A stretch of DNA of 64,000 nucleotides. Source: Euglena gracilis. Taxonomy: Eukaryota. Positions 1-14,825 of the stretch are shown here, piece after piece. The first letter of the stretch is position 1. Each line of letters begins with the position of its first letter. A program made the translations under genes and the position numbers. The stretch covers positions 32,016,012-32,080,011 of the forward strand of contig CP154954.1 in NCBI GenBank assembly GCA_039621445.1, written 5' to 3'. Under the pieces are notes generated by a model. The model was not told the DNA's origin and made no database searches. It was given only the letters and a program-made list of their open reading frames with translations.

Positions 1-865
1 GGATTTTCGGGAGTAGGTATTACCCAGATATGACCCAAAGTCAATGGGTTGGCGGCCCAAAACGGGGGGGGGGGGGCTGGCAGGTCGAAAAACGCTCATT
101 TTCGGCCCAAAAAACATTTTTTTCCGGGCCCAGGAGGCCAAAAAACATCGTTTCGGGCAATTTTTTTTGATTTTTTCGACTTTTTTTACCCGAAAATCAC
201 CCTAAATCCATTGGTTTCGGGCCAAAAACGGGGAGCTGGGGGTCAAAAAAACAAAAACGCTCGTTTTCGGCTCGGAAACACTTTTTCGGGGTCCGGGAGG
301 CCTAAAAACATGCTTCTGGTAAAAAAAAATCGATTTTTTTCGATTTTTCGACTTTTTTTGGCCCAAAACGGTAAGTCGGAAAAAGTGTACAGAACGGCCA
401 TATTGGCTAAAAAACAGGGGGTGTGTGTCAAAGCCGGGATGCGCTTTTGTAGCTGCTGGGGGGTGTACAGATGTATCTGAAATACATCTGGTGGAAAACG
501 GGGTATTAGTGCAGCTGGGCGACTACTCGACAACGTTATAATTTCAGGCCCTTGGGCTTTCGTCTTGTAACCCTGGCATTACAACCAACCGTCTTGGAAT
601 GGTGTCACATTCAAAATCAAAGTCACAGGCCAGGCACAATTCTTTAGACAGAAAATGTTGAATTTCTGACATAGCAACAAAACGGAAAAAGCGAATTTTC
701 TTTCCAATACTATTTCATCGCCTTCCGGCACTAAATTGGAAATGAAATCAGGTGGTGCTACTCTAAAAAAAACACAACCCCTAAAAGAAAATTTGCTACA
801 GCAGCGAGGATGAGACCAAGGAAGATTGAGCAAACAGAAAACATGTGCAAATGTAGAGCACATGC

Positions 866-944
866 CTGCCGAGTGCGCCGCCGGAGAGGCCGCGAGGGGG
901 CCCGGCCGGGCAGCGGCCGTGACATGCGAGGCAGCGCAGCCCAT
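866..944 (-). CDS. First coding exon of another MGC-start gene (MGCAASHVTAAARPGP...)
   Basis: A poly-C tract and CAG acceptor lie 7 nt upstream of ATG 944. The exon is GC-rich, with a possible GC donor at 865. Confidence 0.45.
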
Positions 945-3900
945 CCTCAGCCTGGGGGGGGGGAGCAGAGGGCACGTGACGTCGGCAGCCTGTGGGGCCC
1001 AAGAGCATGGCTGACCAGAGGTGCTTGCTGGTACCCCAAAGGTCAAACTTACACTCCGCCTGCAGTTCTGAGCCGCCAGACTGCACCTAGTCTGGGGGTC
1101 ATTTATTGACTAAAAGAAATTTTCAATTTTCAATGGAATTGGTAGCCAGCCTCCGCGGAGCCTTCACAGAGCTCCAGGTAACCAAAAGCCCGCTTTTGAT
1201 TGCTTCTGATTGTTTTCTGGCCACTTTTGACTGCTTTTGGCCCCTTTAAGGCCATTTTGGTGGCCTTAAACCAATTTTAGACCATCGGCCAAAGCCAATT
1301 TTATACCAATCCAGTATAATTTTGGCCAATCCAGTATCTGCATCCACTGCACTAATCCAGTATTCCAAAAGCAACCAAAATGACCTAAATTGGCGTGAAA
1401 AAACCTAAAATAGCCCAAAAATGCCAACAATGTCCACAAAAAATTGTGAAAAATAACCCAAAATCAAAAAAAATGACATAAAATGGCCAAAAATGCCATA
1501 AACGTGCTCATATTGACTCAAATCAGCACACTTTTTGTCCAAATAATTGCAAAATAGACCCCAAATTAGAAAAACTAATCCAAAATAGCCAAGATGGGTG
1601 TAATATTGGAGATTTGTGGGAAATTTATCTTAATGTGTTTAAATCTTCAAAATATACAAAAAAAATGCCAGCACCGCCCAGCATCGCCCGGCATCATAAA
1701 CACCACTTCTGGTCTCCAAGCCAGCATCGCCCAGCATCGCTCAGCATCGCCTAGCGATGCTCAACATCATCAGAGGTGCTTGGATGGCAGAAGGTGCTCC
1801 ACAGCACACGGCAAACTGCCTCAAACGTGGGATGCTGGGGGAATGATTTGGGCCAGGTGAGACCAAATCCTCACGATACCATAGGCTTTGACATTTAAAA
1901 AAAATGGTGGTCCGTTTGCGCAAATTCACACATGGACCACATACACATTAGTGGGAGGCGTCCATTTGCTCGATGGGCAGAACGGGCGGTTCCCACATGT
2001 GCGCAAGGGTATCCTGTGTGCAATTGCACAAAAGAACTACTTGTGCAATTGTGAAAATTGGTTCATTCAGATGCCGATGTCAAATTTCGGGGGTCATTTT
2101 GTCGAAAAATGAGGTACAATACATTGCTTGCCATTGGAGTGTTTACTCGTTCAGGAGGGGCGTACGGTGCAATACCCTGTGTTTCCACTCTCCTCCTGTC
2201 TCAGTAATCCTCACTGTTTAAACTTAAAAAACAAAATTAATTTTGAGACCGTTACTGTGCAATTGCACAGCATCCTGACGTGCTTCTTCAAGGGTGGCCA
2301 GCCTTGTAAAGGCAGAACGATAAAACCATTTCTTTTGCAAACAAAAACAATAAGCTGCCTGGGGAAAAGCAGTAACGATATCATTTGCTTTGTTGCTATT
2401 GTTCATTCAAAGGTCAAACGACTTGCTGCTTCAGAAAGATTAGGCGACCTCTGGCGGGAGAGAAACACCGAAAAAACAACGCAGCTGAACAGGTTTTCAT
2501 CTGCATTGGGATGTTTCATTTGCGGATCTACCCTCTGTCATTGAATTCTGTGCAAGAAAGCCCAACGAGAACGATGCGCGATAAACGTCGAAGGAGATGG
2601 GAGAGAGTTTGGCTGTTTCCCAAAGCCACCGCACCACCAGCGCCGGGATCCGCAGGCTGCGCCCGCGGCGTCCCTGCACGCCCAGCAGGCAGTCCGCTGA
2701 CACTGGGTTGGCCCGCTGCTGACCACAGGGGTCACGTGGGTCCAACACCCGGGTCGCGGCAGCCCGCGCCTGCACCCCATCGGACCGTACACCCTGGTTG
2801 TGGGGCGTTTCATCCAACCATTCTCTCCAGAATAACTCTCCAAGCCAGGACGTTTTTCAGTCAGAGTGTATCAACCGACATGGCGCAGCCCCCAACATCC
2901 ACTCAGTGTTCGTAAAAACTGGCCTAATCAAAAATAAATACAAAAATACATACATAGCAACGAAAACCGTGACGCTTTGTACAGCCCTCAAAAAAAATGG
3001 GAAGGGGACTGGAGCCCCAACGGAAAAAAAAACGGTGGCTGGAAGCCTGAAGTTTGAGTGAGTGATCCAGACTTTTGAGTGACTGGGCAACAGTTGAAGC
3101 AGGTGGAGATTGGGTGGTTTAGCTAACTTGGGACGGGGCGTCGGGGTGGGTGAGGATTGGTCCCACAACATACCCCCACCCAGAAGAGAATTGGGGCCCA
3201 GACTGGCTGGCAACTGTCACTGACCTTTCAGACTCCCTCGGGGCCAGGGCAGAGTCGGCCAGGGCAGAGGAATGGCAGAGCGAGCGTGGCGGCCCCTCCG
3301 CAGCAATGACTGCGGCGAGGAGGACCTCCTGGTCGAAAGCCGCGGAGGGGATCCAATCAAAAACAACAGAATGTATGCCAAAACACCACACTTTCAGCAT
3401 ACAAGCGACATAAATCAGAACAACATCCAGAACTACTTCACAGAACGCACACCTTCCAACAAACAAACATCAATATCATGCGAGAAACAATGGACAAATC
3501 TGAGGGCTCCACTACAGAGAACAATTTCACAGAAGCATTAGGAAAGCAAACTCCCTGTAAAACTTAACAGTTACAAAATTAAAATGCCTGAAAAAGACAC
3601 CTGCACAACATAGCGTAAATTTATGCCACTAATGGCAAAAAAACACTGTCCTAATTGGCTGCCTAAGATCAGGAAACTAACCCTCAAAAGAATTCTTCCA
3701 AAAAAATCCTGAAAAATTGCCAGGTAATACTTTTTTTTTTGGATTTTCGGGAGTAGGTATTACCCAGATATGACCCAAAGTCAATGGGTTGGCGGCCCAA
3801 AACGGGGGGGGGGGGGGGCTGGCAGGTCGAAAAACGCTCATTTTCGGCCCAAAAAACATTTTTTTCCGGGCCCAGGAGGCCAAAAAACATCGTTTCGGGC

Positions 3901-4608
3901 AATTTTTTTTGATTTTTTCGACTTTTTTTACCCGAAAATCACCCTAAATCCATTGGTTTCGGGCCAAAAACGGGGAGCTGGGGGTCAAAAAAACAAAAAC
4001 GCTCGTTTTCGGCTCGGAAACACTTTTTCGGGGTCCGGGAGGCCTAAAAACATGCTTCTGGTAAAAAAAAATCGATTTTTTTCGATTTTTCGACTTTTTT
4101 TTGGCCCAAAACGGTAAGTCGGAAAAAGTGTACAGAACGGCCATATTGGCTAAAAAACAGGGGGTGTGTGTCAAAGCCGGGATGCGCTTTTGTAGCTGCT
4201 GGGGGGTGTACAGATGTATCTGAAATACATCTGGTGGAAAACGGGGTATTAGTGCAGCTGGGCGACTACTCGACAACGTTATAATTTCAGGCCCTTGGGC
4301 TTTCGTCTTGTAACCCTGGCATTACAACCAACCGTCTTGGAATGGTGTCACATTCAAAATCAAAGTCACAGGCCAGGCACAATTCTTTAGACAGAAAATG
4401 TTGAATTTCTGACATAGCAACAAAACGGAAAAAGCGAATTTTCTTTCCAATACTATTTCATCGCCTTCCGGCACTAAATTGGAAATGAAATCAGGTGGTG
4501 CTACTCTAAAAAAAACACAACCCCTAAAAGAAAATTTGCTACAGCAGCGAGGATGAGACCAAGGAAGATTGAGCAAACAGAAAACATGTGCAAATGTAGA
4601 GCACATGC

Positions 4609-4687
4609 CTGCCGAGTGCGCCGCCGGAGAGGCCGCGAGGGGGCCCGGCCGGGCAGCGGCCGTGACATGCGAGGCAGCGCAGCCCAT
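4609..4687 (-). CDS. Duplicated copy of the MGCAAS first exon
   Basis: Identical to 866-944 within the tandem duplication. Confidence 0.45.
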
Positions 4688-6376
4688 CCTCAGCCTGGGG
4701 GGGGGGAGCAGAGGGCACGTGACGTCGGCAGCCTGTGGGGCCCAAGAGCATGGCTGACCAGAGGTGCTTGCTGGTACCCCAAAGGTCAAACTTACACTCC
4801 GCCTGCAGTTCTGAGCCGCCAGACTGCACCTAGTCTGGGGGTCATTTATTGACTAAAAGAAATTTTCAATTTTCAATGGAATTGGTAGCCAGCCTCCGCG
4901 GAGCCTTCACAGAGCTCCAGGTAACCAAAAGCCCGCTTTTGATTGCTTCTGATTGTTTTCTGGCCACTTTTGACTGCTTTTGGCCCCTTTAAGGCCATTT
5001 TGGTGGCCTTAAACCAATTTTAGACCATCGGCCAAAGCCAATTTTATACCAATCCAGTATAATTTTGGCCAATCCAGTATCTGCATCCACTGCACTAATC
5101 AAGTATTCCAAAAGAAACAAAAATGACCTAAATTGGCGTGAAAAAACCTAAAATAGCCCAAAAATGCCAACAATGTCCACAAAAAATTGTGAAAAATAAC
5201 CCAAAATCAAAAAAAATGACATAAAATGGCCAAAAATGCCATAAACGTGCTCATATTGACTCAAATCAGCACACTTTTTGTCCAAATAATTGCAAAATAG
5301 ACCCCAAATTAGAAAAACTAATCCAAAATAGCCAAGATGGGTGTAATATTGGAGATTTGTGGGAAATTTATCTTAATGTGTTTAAATCTTCAAAATATAC
5401 AAAAAAAATGCCAGCACCGCCCAGCATCGCCCGGCATCATAAACACCACTTCTGGTCTCCAAGCCAGCATCGCCCAGCATCGCTCAGCATCGCCTAGCGA
5501 TGCTCAACATCATCAGAGGTGCTTGGATGGCAGAAGGTGCTCCACAGCACACGGCAAACTGCCTCAAACGTGGGATGCTGGGGGAATGATTTGGGCCAGG
5601 TGAGACCAAATCCTCACGATACCATAGGCTTTGACATTTAAAAAAAATGGTGGTCCGTTTGCGCAAATTCACACATGGACCACATACACATTAGTGGGAG
5701 GCGTCCATTTGCTCGATGGGCAGAACGGGCGGTTCCCACATGTGCGCAAGGGTATCCTGTGTGCAATTGCACAAAAGAACTACTTGTGCAATTGTGAAAA
5801 TTGGTTCATTCAGATGCCGATGTCAAATTTCGGGGGTCATTTTGTCGAAAAATGAGGTACAATACATTGCTTGCCATTGGAGTGTTTACTCGTTCAGGAG
5901 GGGCGTACGGTGCAATACCCTGTGTTTCCACTCTCCTCCTGTCTCAGTAATCCTCACTGTTTAAACTTAAAAAACAAAATTAATTTTGAGACCGTTACTG
6001 TGCAATTGCACAGCATCCTGACGTGCTTCTTCAAGGGTGGCCAGCCTTGTAAAGGCAGAACGATAAAACCATTTCTTTTGCAAACAAAAACAATAAGCTG
6101 CCTGGGGAAAAGCAGTAACGATATCATTTGCTTTGTTGCTATTGTTCATTCAAAGGTCAAACGACTTGCTGCTTCAGAAAGATTAGGCGACCTCTGGCGG
6201 GAGAGAAACACCGAAAAAACAACGCAGCTGAACAGGTTTTCATCTGCATTGGGATGTTTCATTTGCGGATCCACCCGCCGTCATCGAATGCTGTGCAAGA
6301 AAGCCCAACGAGAACGATGCGCGATAAACGTCGAAGGAGATGGGAGAGAGTTTGGCTGTTTCCCAAAGCCACCGCA

Positions 6377-7106
6377 CCACCAGCGCCGGGATCCGCAGGC
6401 TGCGCCCGCGGCGTCCCTGCACGCCCAGCAGGCAGTCCGCTGACACTGGGTTGGCCCGCTGCTGACCACAGGGGTCACGTGGGTCCAACACCCGGGTCGC
6501 GGCAGCCCGCGCCTGCACCCCATCGGACCGTACACCCTGGTTGTGGGGCGTTTCATCCAACCATTCTCTCCAGAATAACTCTCCAAGCCAGGACGTTTTT
6601 CAGTCAGAGTTTATCAACCGACACATGGCGCGGCCCCCAACATCCCCTCAGTGTTCGTAAAAACTGGCCTAATCAAAAATAAATACAAAAATACATACAT
6701 AGCAACGAAAACCGTGACGCTTTGTACAGCCCTCAAAAAAAATGGGAAGGGGACTGGAGCCCCAACGGAAAAAAAAACGGTGGCTGGAAGCCTGAAGTTT
6801 GAGTGAGTGATCCAGACTTTTGAGTGACTGGGCAACAGTTGAAGCAGGTGGAGATTGGGTGGTTTAGCTAACTTGGGACGGGGCGTCGGGGTGGGTGAGG
6901 ATTGGTCCCACAACATACCCCCACCCAGAAGAGAATTGGGGCCCAGACTGGCTGGCAACTGTCAGTGACCTTTCAGACTCCCTCGGGGCCAGGGCAGAGT
7001 CGGCCAGGGCAGAGGAATGGCAGAGCGAGCGTGGCGGCCCCTCCGCAGCAATGACTGCGGCGAGGAGGACCTCCTGGTCGAAAGCCGCGGAGGGGCGGGC
7101 CACACC
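6377..7106 (-). CDS. Probable late exons of the 24168 gene (about 7106-6970 and 6536-6377)
   Basis: GC-rich segments bounded by AG and GT with open frames (GVARPSAAFDQEVLLAAVIAAEG...; GVRSDGVQARAAATRVLDP...). Frame and assignment to this gene are inferred. Confidence 0.35.
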
Positions 7107-9466
7107 CTACACACTGACAGCACCCGGCAGGTGGAGAGGAGGAGGAGACCAGACGGTGTAGCGTTCCCCACCGCATGGTGGTGCAGAGTTTGAGGAGGAG
7201 TGGAGGGTTCTGATGGGGGTGAGACACAGCTGAAATTGCCACACAGCAGGGGGGGCTCGGAAAAGATTCGTAAAGAAACGTGCATTTTAGAAAAAATGCA
7301 AAAAAATGCACATTTTCGGGCGCAAAATCAGAGAGAAAAGGCACAAAGTTTGCGGAAACGCAAATAAAAATCCCCCAAAAAATCTTGCGAAAATGACAAC
7401 AAAATTAAAGAAATCAGATACAAATATGCGGAAAGTCAGTTTCAAAAAAAACTACAAAATGCGAAAACCAAAAATATCTGCAGAGAAAAAAACGGAACAT
7501 TTTGCTGCACATTTTCACCCTGCGCCTGGACACTGCTCATGGCACACCGCAGTAAGCCAGCTAGTAACGTGTGGACGGCAACTTCCCACACGTGACATAC
7601 ACCATTGTGTTCAAGCACAGAAACTCTTGAAGAAAACTTTTCTCCCGCGTCCATGTGGCAAAAAAAATACATGGCGTCAACGGAACAGACAACAAAAAAT
7701 GATCATTGTTGGACTCCCCTCTCTTTTGCGATTTTGGTGTTATTTGATCCACATGTAGGGCCAAGTTAAAGAAAAAAAAGTCGGTGTAGAGTTCAGCACC
7801 CACCCGGCCATCCCCTGGCCTCTGGTCTCGAAATAAGCCTCCCCTCTCTAATAACGACTAATTGTCAGCAAAAATCTGAAAATTGGAATCACTCAAACTC
7901 CCCTGAATTTCATCAGACAACTCCTGTACTCTGAAAATACCCCAAAATAGGTGTTTTCGCGGATTTTGAATTGTTGCCCTTTTTTTGGGATTAGTAATGG
8001 CATTTTTAAGACCTATTCATGCTTTAAAAAATATATATATATTGACTTTATTTTGGACACGCATCCTGTAAAGAGTTTTTTTTTTACTGAAAATTTTTAG
8101 CAAAAATCGAAAATATAATGCACCGTTCAAACTAGACCCCCCCTTGGGTTTTTTCAGCAACGGCCCAAAAAGGCAGACGGGTCCCCTGTTTTGCAAGGTT
8201 AACGGAGGGGAGGTTCAGGGGAACCACATGTTGGGGGTGATTTGAGGGCTAAAACTTCCGCCGCTTCACGGCAAAAATAGAGCAAACCATCCCTTCCAGG
8301 GGGTATCCACTTGGCCTGACCCCCCCCCCCCCGCAACCCTTGGGAGGTTGGGCTGGGGCATGCCCATCTCTGGGTCATAAACTACAAAAAAAAAACGAAT
8401 TCGTTTGCCGTCAGACAATCAAAATAGCCCAGAAAGGCAATTCAAATACCTCAACTTCTCTTTTCAGGGAATGTGCTGTTGGCACGGTGTGTTTGCCAAC
8501 GACACAGCATTCAACGCCACTGTAGTTCAATGAAAAGCCTGAGGTGGTGTTCTGGAAAAGTGCCGTTGACACGGGGGGGGGTCAACGGCACGGTGTGTCG
8601 TGGACAGTGGGAAGAGAGGTAGTTTGCAGCCCCGGCCATTTCAACTTTGGGCAGACTTTTCCCGAAAAGTAGAAACTATATCCCCCCCATCCCAGACAGA
8701 GCCTGTTACCCCCCCATCTTAAAGAATATTACTTTCTGATGGTGTATTTATTTGAGGGCGGCATATCTCACGCAGATCTCATTGTGACACAAGAAGAATT
8801 GGGCACCCATTGTGACACAAGAAGAACTGGGCATTCAAAAAACGGCGAGCGACGAAATCTACTAACCCTCGTGTACGTACCAAACATTAATAATGGCTGC
8901 TTCAGGCTTCGATATAAAAGCAGGCGGGTGGGGGTCGGACCCTCCAGTCTAGGGGGGGGGGGGAGGTGGGGGGACACCCCCACCTAAACAGTGGCGTGCC
9001 GGGCCGAAATTTTTTGACCCCCCCAAAACGGCGAAAAATGCCATTTTGGCACTTTTTGGGCAAAAATTTGTGAATAAATTTTCGGCGTGAAGCGGCGGAA
9101 GGAAAAATCTGACCTTTGGGGGGGGGGGTCCCTGGTACCCCACGGGTCCGGACCCCCCCTGGCAGGTGGGGGGTGGTCCGGACCCTCCGGTTTACGAGGG
9201 CGGGGTGCCTCCCCACCTAAACCCATACGGCCTCATTATAAAGAACCCTGACCCTGTTCTTGCATAAAAAAAACAAGGAAAAAAAATAACCAGGCTTCCT
9301 CTTGACTAACTCGGGGGAGGGGAGGCTTTCTGCTCATACCCTTCAAAATTGTCTTGTTCGGGCTTGGCACCTTCAGCCGGCTATACTGCTACCCACCCAA
9401 CGCTTGGTACATAAATAGGGGGGGGTTGTTTCGATAAAGCCAACTTTCCATTGGAATGTTACCTAT

Positions 9467-9697
9467 CCCCCCCTTGTCGTACGACTGGGTTCCTGAAACC
9501 TGTGACCGGGGGTGGTTACAACACCCCCATAACCTGCAACCTGACCGGGGGTGGTTGTAAATGAGGGGGTGGTTGTAGGTAAGGTGGTGTTAAATTTTTC
9601 GCAACCTGCGACCGGGGGGGGTCATAACACCTTCATGACCTGCGACCTGCGACCGGGGGGGTCGTAAATGAGGGGTGGTCGTACGACAGGGGGGGGG
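9467..9697. mobile_element. MITE related to 23601-23726
   Basis: TIRs CCCCCCCTTGTCGTACGAC / GTCGTACGACAGGGGGGGG and internal ACCTGCGACCGGGGG repeats. Confidence 0.75.
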
Positions 9698-12255
9698 CGG
9701 GCGGGTAAGCATGATTAAATGTGCACTCTAAAAGTTTTCACCATTCAGGTTCGGAAAATCATCACCCCACGTTTTAATGGCACACCAACGCCGCATGCGG
9801 ATGAGCTATGGCCCACACCCAAGAAGGTGAGACACGATGTCTGAGGCCCTGGCAACTTACAGAAACATGGCTGTTGGCCCTTCGCATGTTTCTTTTGCTG
9901 GTTTTCCCTTTCTCTTGCCTGCCAGAGTGGTGCTCTTCCCCCCAGGAAAGCAAAAATAAGCCAATTAGATCAATGAGCAAATTCGGTTGAATACGGTGCT
10001 TCCATTTCTTACCAAATAACAAGTAATGTTTTTTCTTTTTGTTTGCTTTTCAATTGAAAATTCTGCACATCCTTAATTTTTCGTGCCATCTTCTTTCCAT
10101 GTCTGCTTTCTCCATCGCTGCAGGACTACTCTCTTAAAAAATTTTGCAGTGTCGGTTCTGTAAAGATTAAATTTGCATCTTACTTCTCCCATTCTCAACT
10201 GTGACCTGGTGATGGTGTTTCGTGCAGGGTGGCAACTCTGTGCCTGGAGCACGACGACACACTGCGGCATCTCAAAAAGATCGTGATTTCACATTTTTAT
10301 TCATTACTTGAACAGCCACCCCCGAACCGGTGGGCCCGCAGGCATTTGGGTGTAACCTTCTTGGGACCGCTGCCATTGCTCATATGCTCTTGCCGGGAGG
10401 TGGGGTCAACACATGGGGATGATTCGACTAATGTGTTCAATAAAGCGCGGGGTGTAGACTTCTCGAACCTGCATGGGTCAAAACTTCGGGAATGAAGTGT
10501 TCATTGGAAAACAACAGAATATTGAATCTCTCAAAAGAAGGCTGAGCTGGGCAACACGGAGAAGTAGCCAACCTCTGTTTCCAGTCAGTCCATTGCCTGC
10601 CCCCACCCCCCGTATTCCCAGAGGCCCTTTAAAGAGCACACCAACCCCCGTTCATCTACAGCGGCAATTCATAACGCGCGTCAGATGGGGTAGATCGGGC
10701 ATATAGAGAGAGAAACCAGCCCAGCGAACCTGCGCACCTTGCGACTCGTTCAAGTGAAAGCGTCGGTGGCGTCAAGCCCCGTACATGACCAGCTTCCGAG
10801 ACCAACTTTTTCCATTGGGAAATTATGAAAAACACATGCAGTCCAGATTAAGACCTTCAAAATGAGTGCATCTGCGATTGGGGCTTGGTACCTCAAACGA
10901 ACCAAAATGAGAAGATAACTGCAAGGATATACATCTCCGGACCCTGCCAACCAAAAGATAAAAACACCAAAAAAGTCAAATCCCCGCAGGAAGATATGAA
11001 GATCGGGAGGGGAGTCAAAGTGGGTTCCACTCCACTCTTTGCTTTCAGGTTGCATTATTCAGAAGACAACTTTCCCCACCTTCATACACCTGTCGCTAAC
11101 GTGAGAAAAAAAAATCCCCCCTCGCAGTTCGCTAAATTGAAAATATTCCTGGCAAGATTCAACAGGAGGTTACAATAAACACATACCCTCAAGACAGATG
11201 AAACCCTGAAGTCAATCACCCCCACCATCCCACCCTGTCCAATCACCCAAGTGCGCAAAACAGGCTCAGAACTTTCCGGGGGGAGGGGGGGCTCACCTTC
11301 ATACACCCTGGCTGGGTGTACGAAGCCGACCTCTCTTCCTAACGTGAGAAATAAGGAAATCCCACCTCGCAGTTTTCTAACGCGCTGAGATGCTGCTTCT
11401 GGGAGAAATTGGGGAAATCAAACTGAATACTTCTGGTAGCAGCTCGCTGTCCACACCGGCACGTCGCCACCGCAGAGGTCTGAGCACAGATTCACTTAGT
11501 TACCCCGGTGGGCACTTTTCTCTGGGCCCGACCCCACCCATCCATACTTCTTTGAAAACCCACCCACCCACGATCCCCCCCCGGGGGGTCAACCACCCAT
11601 CCACCCATCCACCCGTCCAAAAACCAGCAAAAATCGGCTGAAATCCCTTTAATTTTTTCCCTGGGGGGGGGTCCAGCGGCCCCACACCCACCCACCCACC
11701 CTCGAAAAACCCCCAGGCGGGCGGTCACGCAGGTGTTAAATGAACCGATGGGTGTGAGCCACGATGGCTGGCAGCGTCCGGCGCAATGGGCACCGGGCAG
11801 CCGCAGGAAGTGTGGTGGATGATAGCCCCTCAGCGGCAGGCAGCCAGCCCTTGCCCTGGGTGGGTATGCCACAAAGCAGGGTTACCTCGGGGCAAGGGGG
11901 GCAAATCTGGTTTCAGGGTTTAAAAATACCTGTGCTGTTCCCTCCGTGCAACAATTTTCAACTTCAATTCCATTGAGATGGTGACTTCGACCAACCCCAG
12001 CTTTAGGGGGGTTTGCATGTAAAAACAAGCCCTGGGGGGGGGGGTCCCAGGTACCATAACAAAAAATCCTGCATAGAAAAGAAGGAAAAAAAAAAATCAA
12101 ACCTGTGTATGTGACCCTCTCATGGGTGGATTTTCAAGATTGGGCGGTTAGGGTCCCAGGAACCCCCCTATGTTCTTAAAAAAAATCCTGACAATATATG
12201 GATTCATGGCATAACAAGAGCAACGACACGACGACGCCAATAACAGTAACAAAAC

Positions 12256-12331
12256 GCCGCCACCACCACCACCAGAACCAGCACCACCATCACCACCACC
12301 ACCACCACCACCACCATAACTACCACCACCA
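12256..12331. repeat. (CAC)n microsatellite
   Basis: Direct reading. Confidence 0.9.
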
Positions 12332-14825
12332 TTGATTTATTGATTTGAATATATGGTCCGGGGTACCCACTTTTTGGGGTCAACTTTGGGGTCAAAAATT
12401 TTGGGCGCTTTGTGCCAAAAAAAACAACAACAAAGATGGCGGCTTTGGCGGCTTGGGGGTAACCTCCGGGGAGAGGGGGTCTGGCAGACCCACCCACCCT
12501 ACCCCTAAAAATTCCTTGAACGTTATGCTTTCTGCAGACTGGCTAGCGGACCCACCCACCGTGCCCCCATAAATTATTTGTTATTGTAGCCAGATCCAAC
12601 AAAAAATCAAACTGCTCCATAATCCTCCACAATAATAAACATACAGAAAACAAACAAACAAATAAATACATGAATGAATAAATAAAGAAAGAAAGAAATA
12701 AGAATACATTCATAAAGCAGGAGAAAACCTGAGAAAATTGATTCCTATTTGGGCAACTTGGTCCATTCTACATTCATCCTTTGTACATTCTTGTAACAAA
12801 ATTCTGGCGCAAAGTGCCGAAAGAAAAAATTGCCTTTTTTGTGGGCCGGTCGATCTCTTCTCATCAAACCTGGTCTCGGCAGGCTGAATTTGGCCACCCT
12901 GATGGATCTTGGAATGCCTCTCGGGCGGGGGGAGAGGTCGGCCACGCCATTAAATTCAGCTTTGGTCCCAGACACATTTGATCCAATGCAAAATCACAGT
13001 AGATGGTCCTTAAACTGTTAGTTAAAATCTTTTCATCACCCTTTGCTGTTTGGACAGTTTGCTCATCCAAAAATTTCTGAAGGGCAAATAATTGGTGGTA
13101 AAATGACGAAGATTCTTGATAAATCATACAAATACAAACTGCCAAAAAATGAAATTTTTGAGTCAAATTTGTTTCATAGCACAAAAGAAAAAATAGTGCC
13201 CTCCCAAAAAAGGTGGAAAACAGGTGCTACTGGCTGGACCCCCCCTGGGGGCAGGGTCCCCTCCGTTTCAATAAACCCCTGATTGTCAGCGTCACAAAGG
13301 ATAAAAAATTCTCTATGAACAAAAATGGATTTTTTGGTCATTTTTGGGGATACACAGATTATTCACAAAAAAATGGTTATGCACGTGTGATGCACAAAAC
13401 ATTTTTTGGTAATACAGAGGTGATACACAAGTCAGGTCACAATTTTTTTGATTGTACACGTGATACAATTTTTTTGATGATACACACCAAGTGAACATCA
13501 AACGACTGCTCCCCCCGGGGAGATGGCAAAAATGTGTGAATTTTTGGCTGTGCCGGGGGGGACTGCACCCCAGACCCCTTTCCGCCACCCTGCTAACCCT
13601 CACCCACCCTTCCCATTTTTTGAGAACATTTCATTTTTCGACGGCTTTACCCTGAAAAATGGCCCCCCCAAGCCCAATGAACAATGAGGTGACAATCTAG
13701 ATGGTCCGAACACCCGCTGTTCATTGGGCAAGGGCGTTCATTGGGCATGGGGCGGAGGAAAATACGAAAAATTTGCCCAGGGGGGGGGGAAGGGGGGACT
13801 TCCACCCCGCCCCATTCCCCCCCCCAAATAACAGTCAAAAGGACATTTCCGGACTTTTTTTGTGCAAAGGATTCTTCTGCTTTTTTTGACCCCACAAATG
13901 ACCCCAATATAGAAAGCACATTTCACAGCGATCCTGATAATGCAAAAGTAACTTAGACGGCCGTGAATGCACTTTTCTTGTTGAGTCAAAAAATCAGGCA
14001 GGTTTAGTGAAAATTCACATCCGCGCATTCTGGAAGCGGAGTGCGCAGGCGCACATTCTGAATGGTTGCGTGCCTCTTACAGACTGGGGGTAAACACCAC
14101 AAAAATGAGCTGTTTGCATTTAACACGACCACAAGGACCACACCCTCATATTCTACTTCAACTATATATCATGCTGTTTACAACTCCTTCGCGATGACTG
14201 TGGTACAGTGCATGGCTGGACACACACTTGGCACACTCTACACGACACTTGGAACACGGGCGACGCAGGCAAACCTGGACCTGGGTGTGCCACCTTGTGT
14301 TCATTGATGTGCGCTGATGGCTTCCAGAGGCTGGGAGTGGTGAACTCGGGATCGGCATGGGAAGGAACTCCTTGCAGCCATAGAGACACAGCCCTCCCGA
14401 GGTCAAAACAATAGGGTTGTCATGGAGTGTCAAAGCCGAAGAACGCGCACCTGTGCATTTTTTGGAAACCCCAAAAGAATGCGCAGGAGCACATTTTTCT
14501 GGAATGGACACAGGCTGTGGGAAGGGAGAATGTGCACATGCGCATTGATGTTGAAGGACACACTGAGTATGTCCTGTTGTTTGCCTGCCCTGAACCCGAG
14601 TTGTGCACTGTTATGATGTGGTTTTGGGCTTGCAGAACATGGGTGTGTGAGGGGGAGATGAATCACCCCACATCCACCTGTGCAATGACACGCCTCTGAA
14701 ATCGCTAACAAAAAGGCCAGCAGTGCACCATGGATGTTGCCCTGCCACAATGCTGTGCTAGCACCGGGTTCAAGAGTGCAAGACACGCCGTGGTGCCTAT
14801 GAGAAGGCACGTGCGTGCTTACCTA

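Larger units (their letters stand above)
1..7095. repeat. Recent tandem segmental duplication, period ~3740-3745 bp, junction at 3350/3351
   Basis: 1-3350 matches 3741-7095, with identical ORF sets offset by 3743. Scattered substitutions occur, for example near 1361 vs 5101 and 2530 vs 6273. Confidence 0.97.

Noticed and set aside
14158-14400. Cys-rich peptide (VCLRRPCSKCRVECAKC) as a piggyBac C-terminal domain
   Set aside because: Spacing is imperfect, and no DDD core or TTAA-flanked ends were found.
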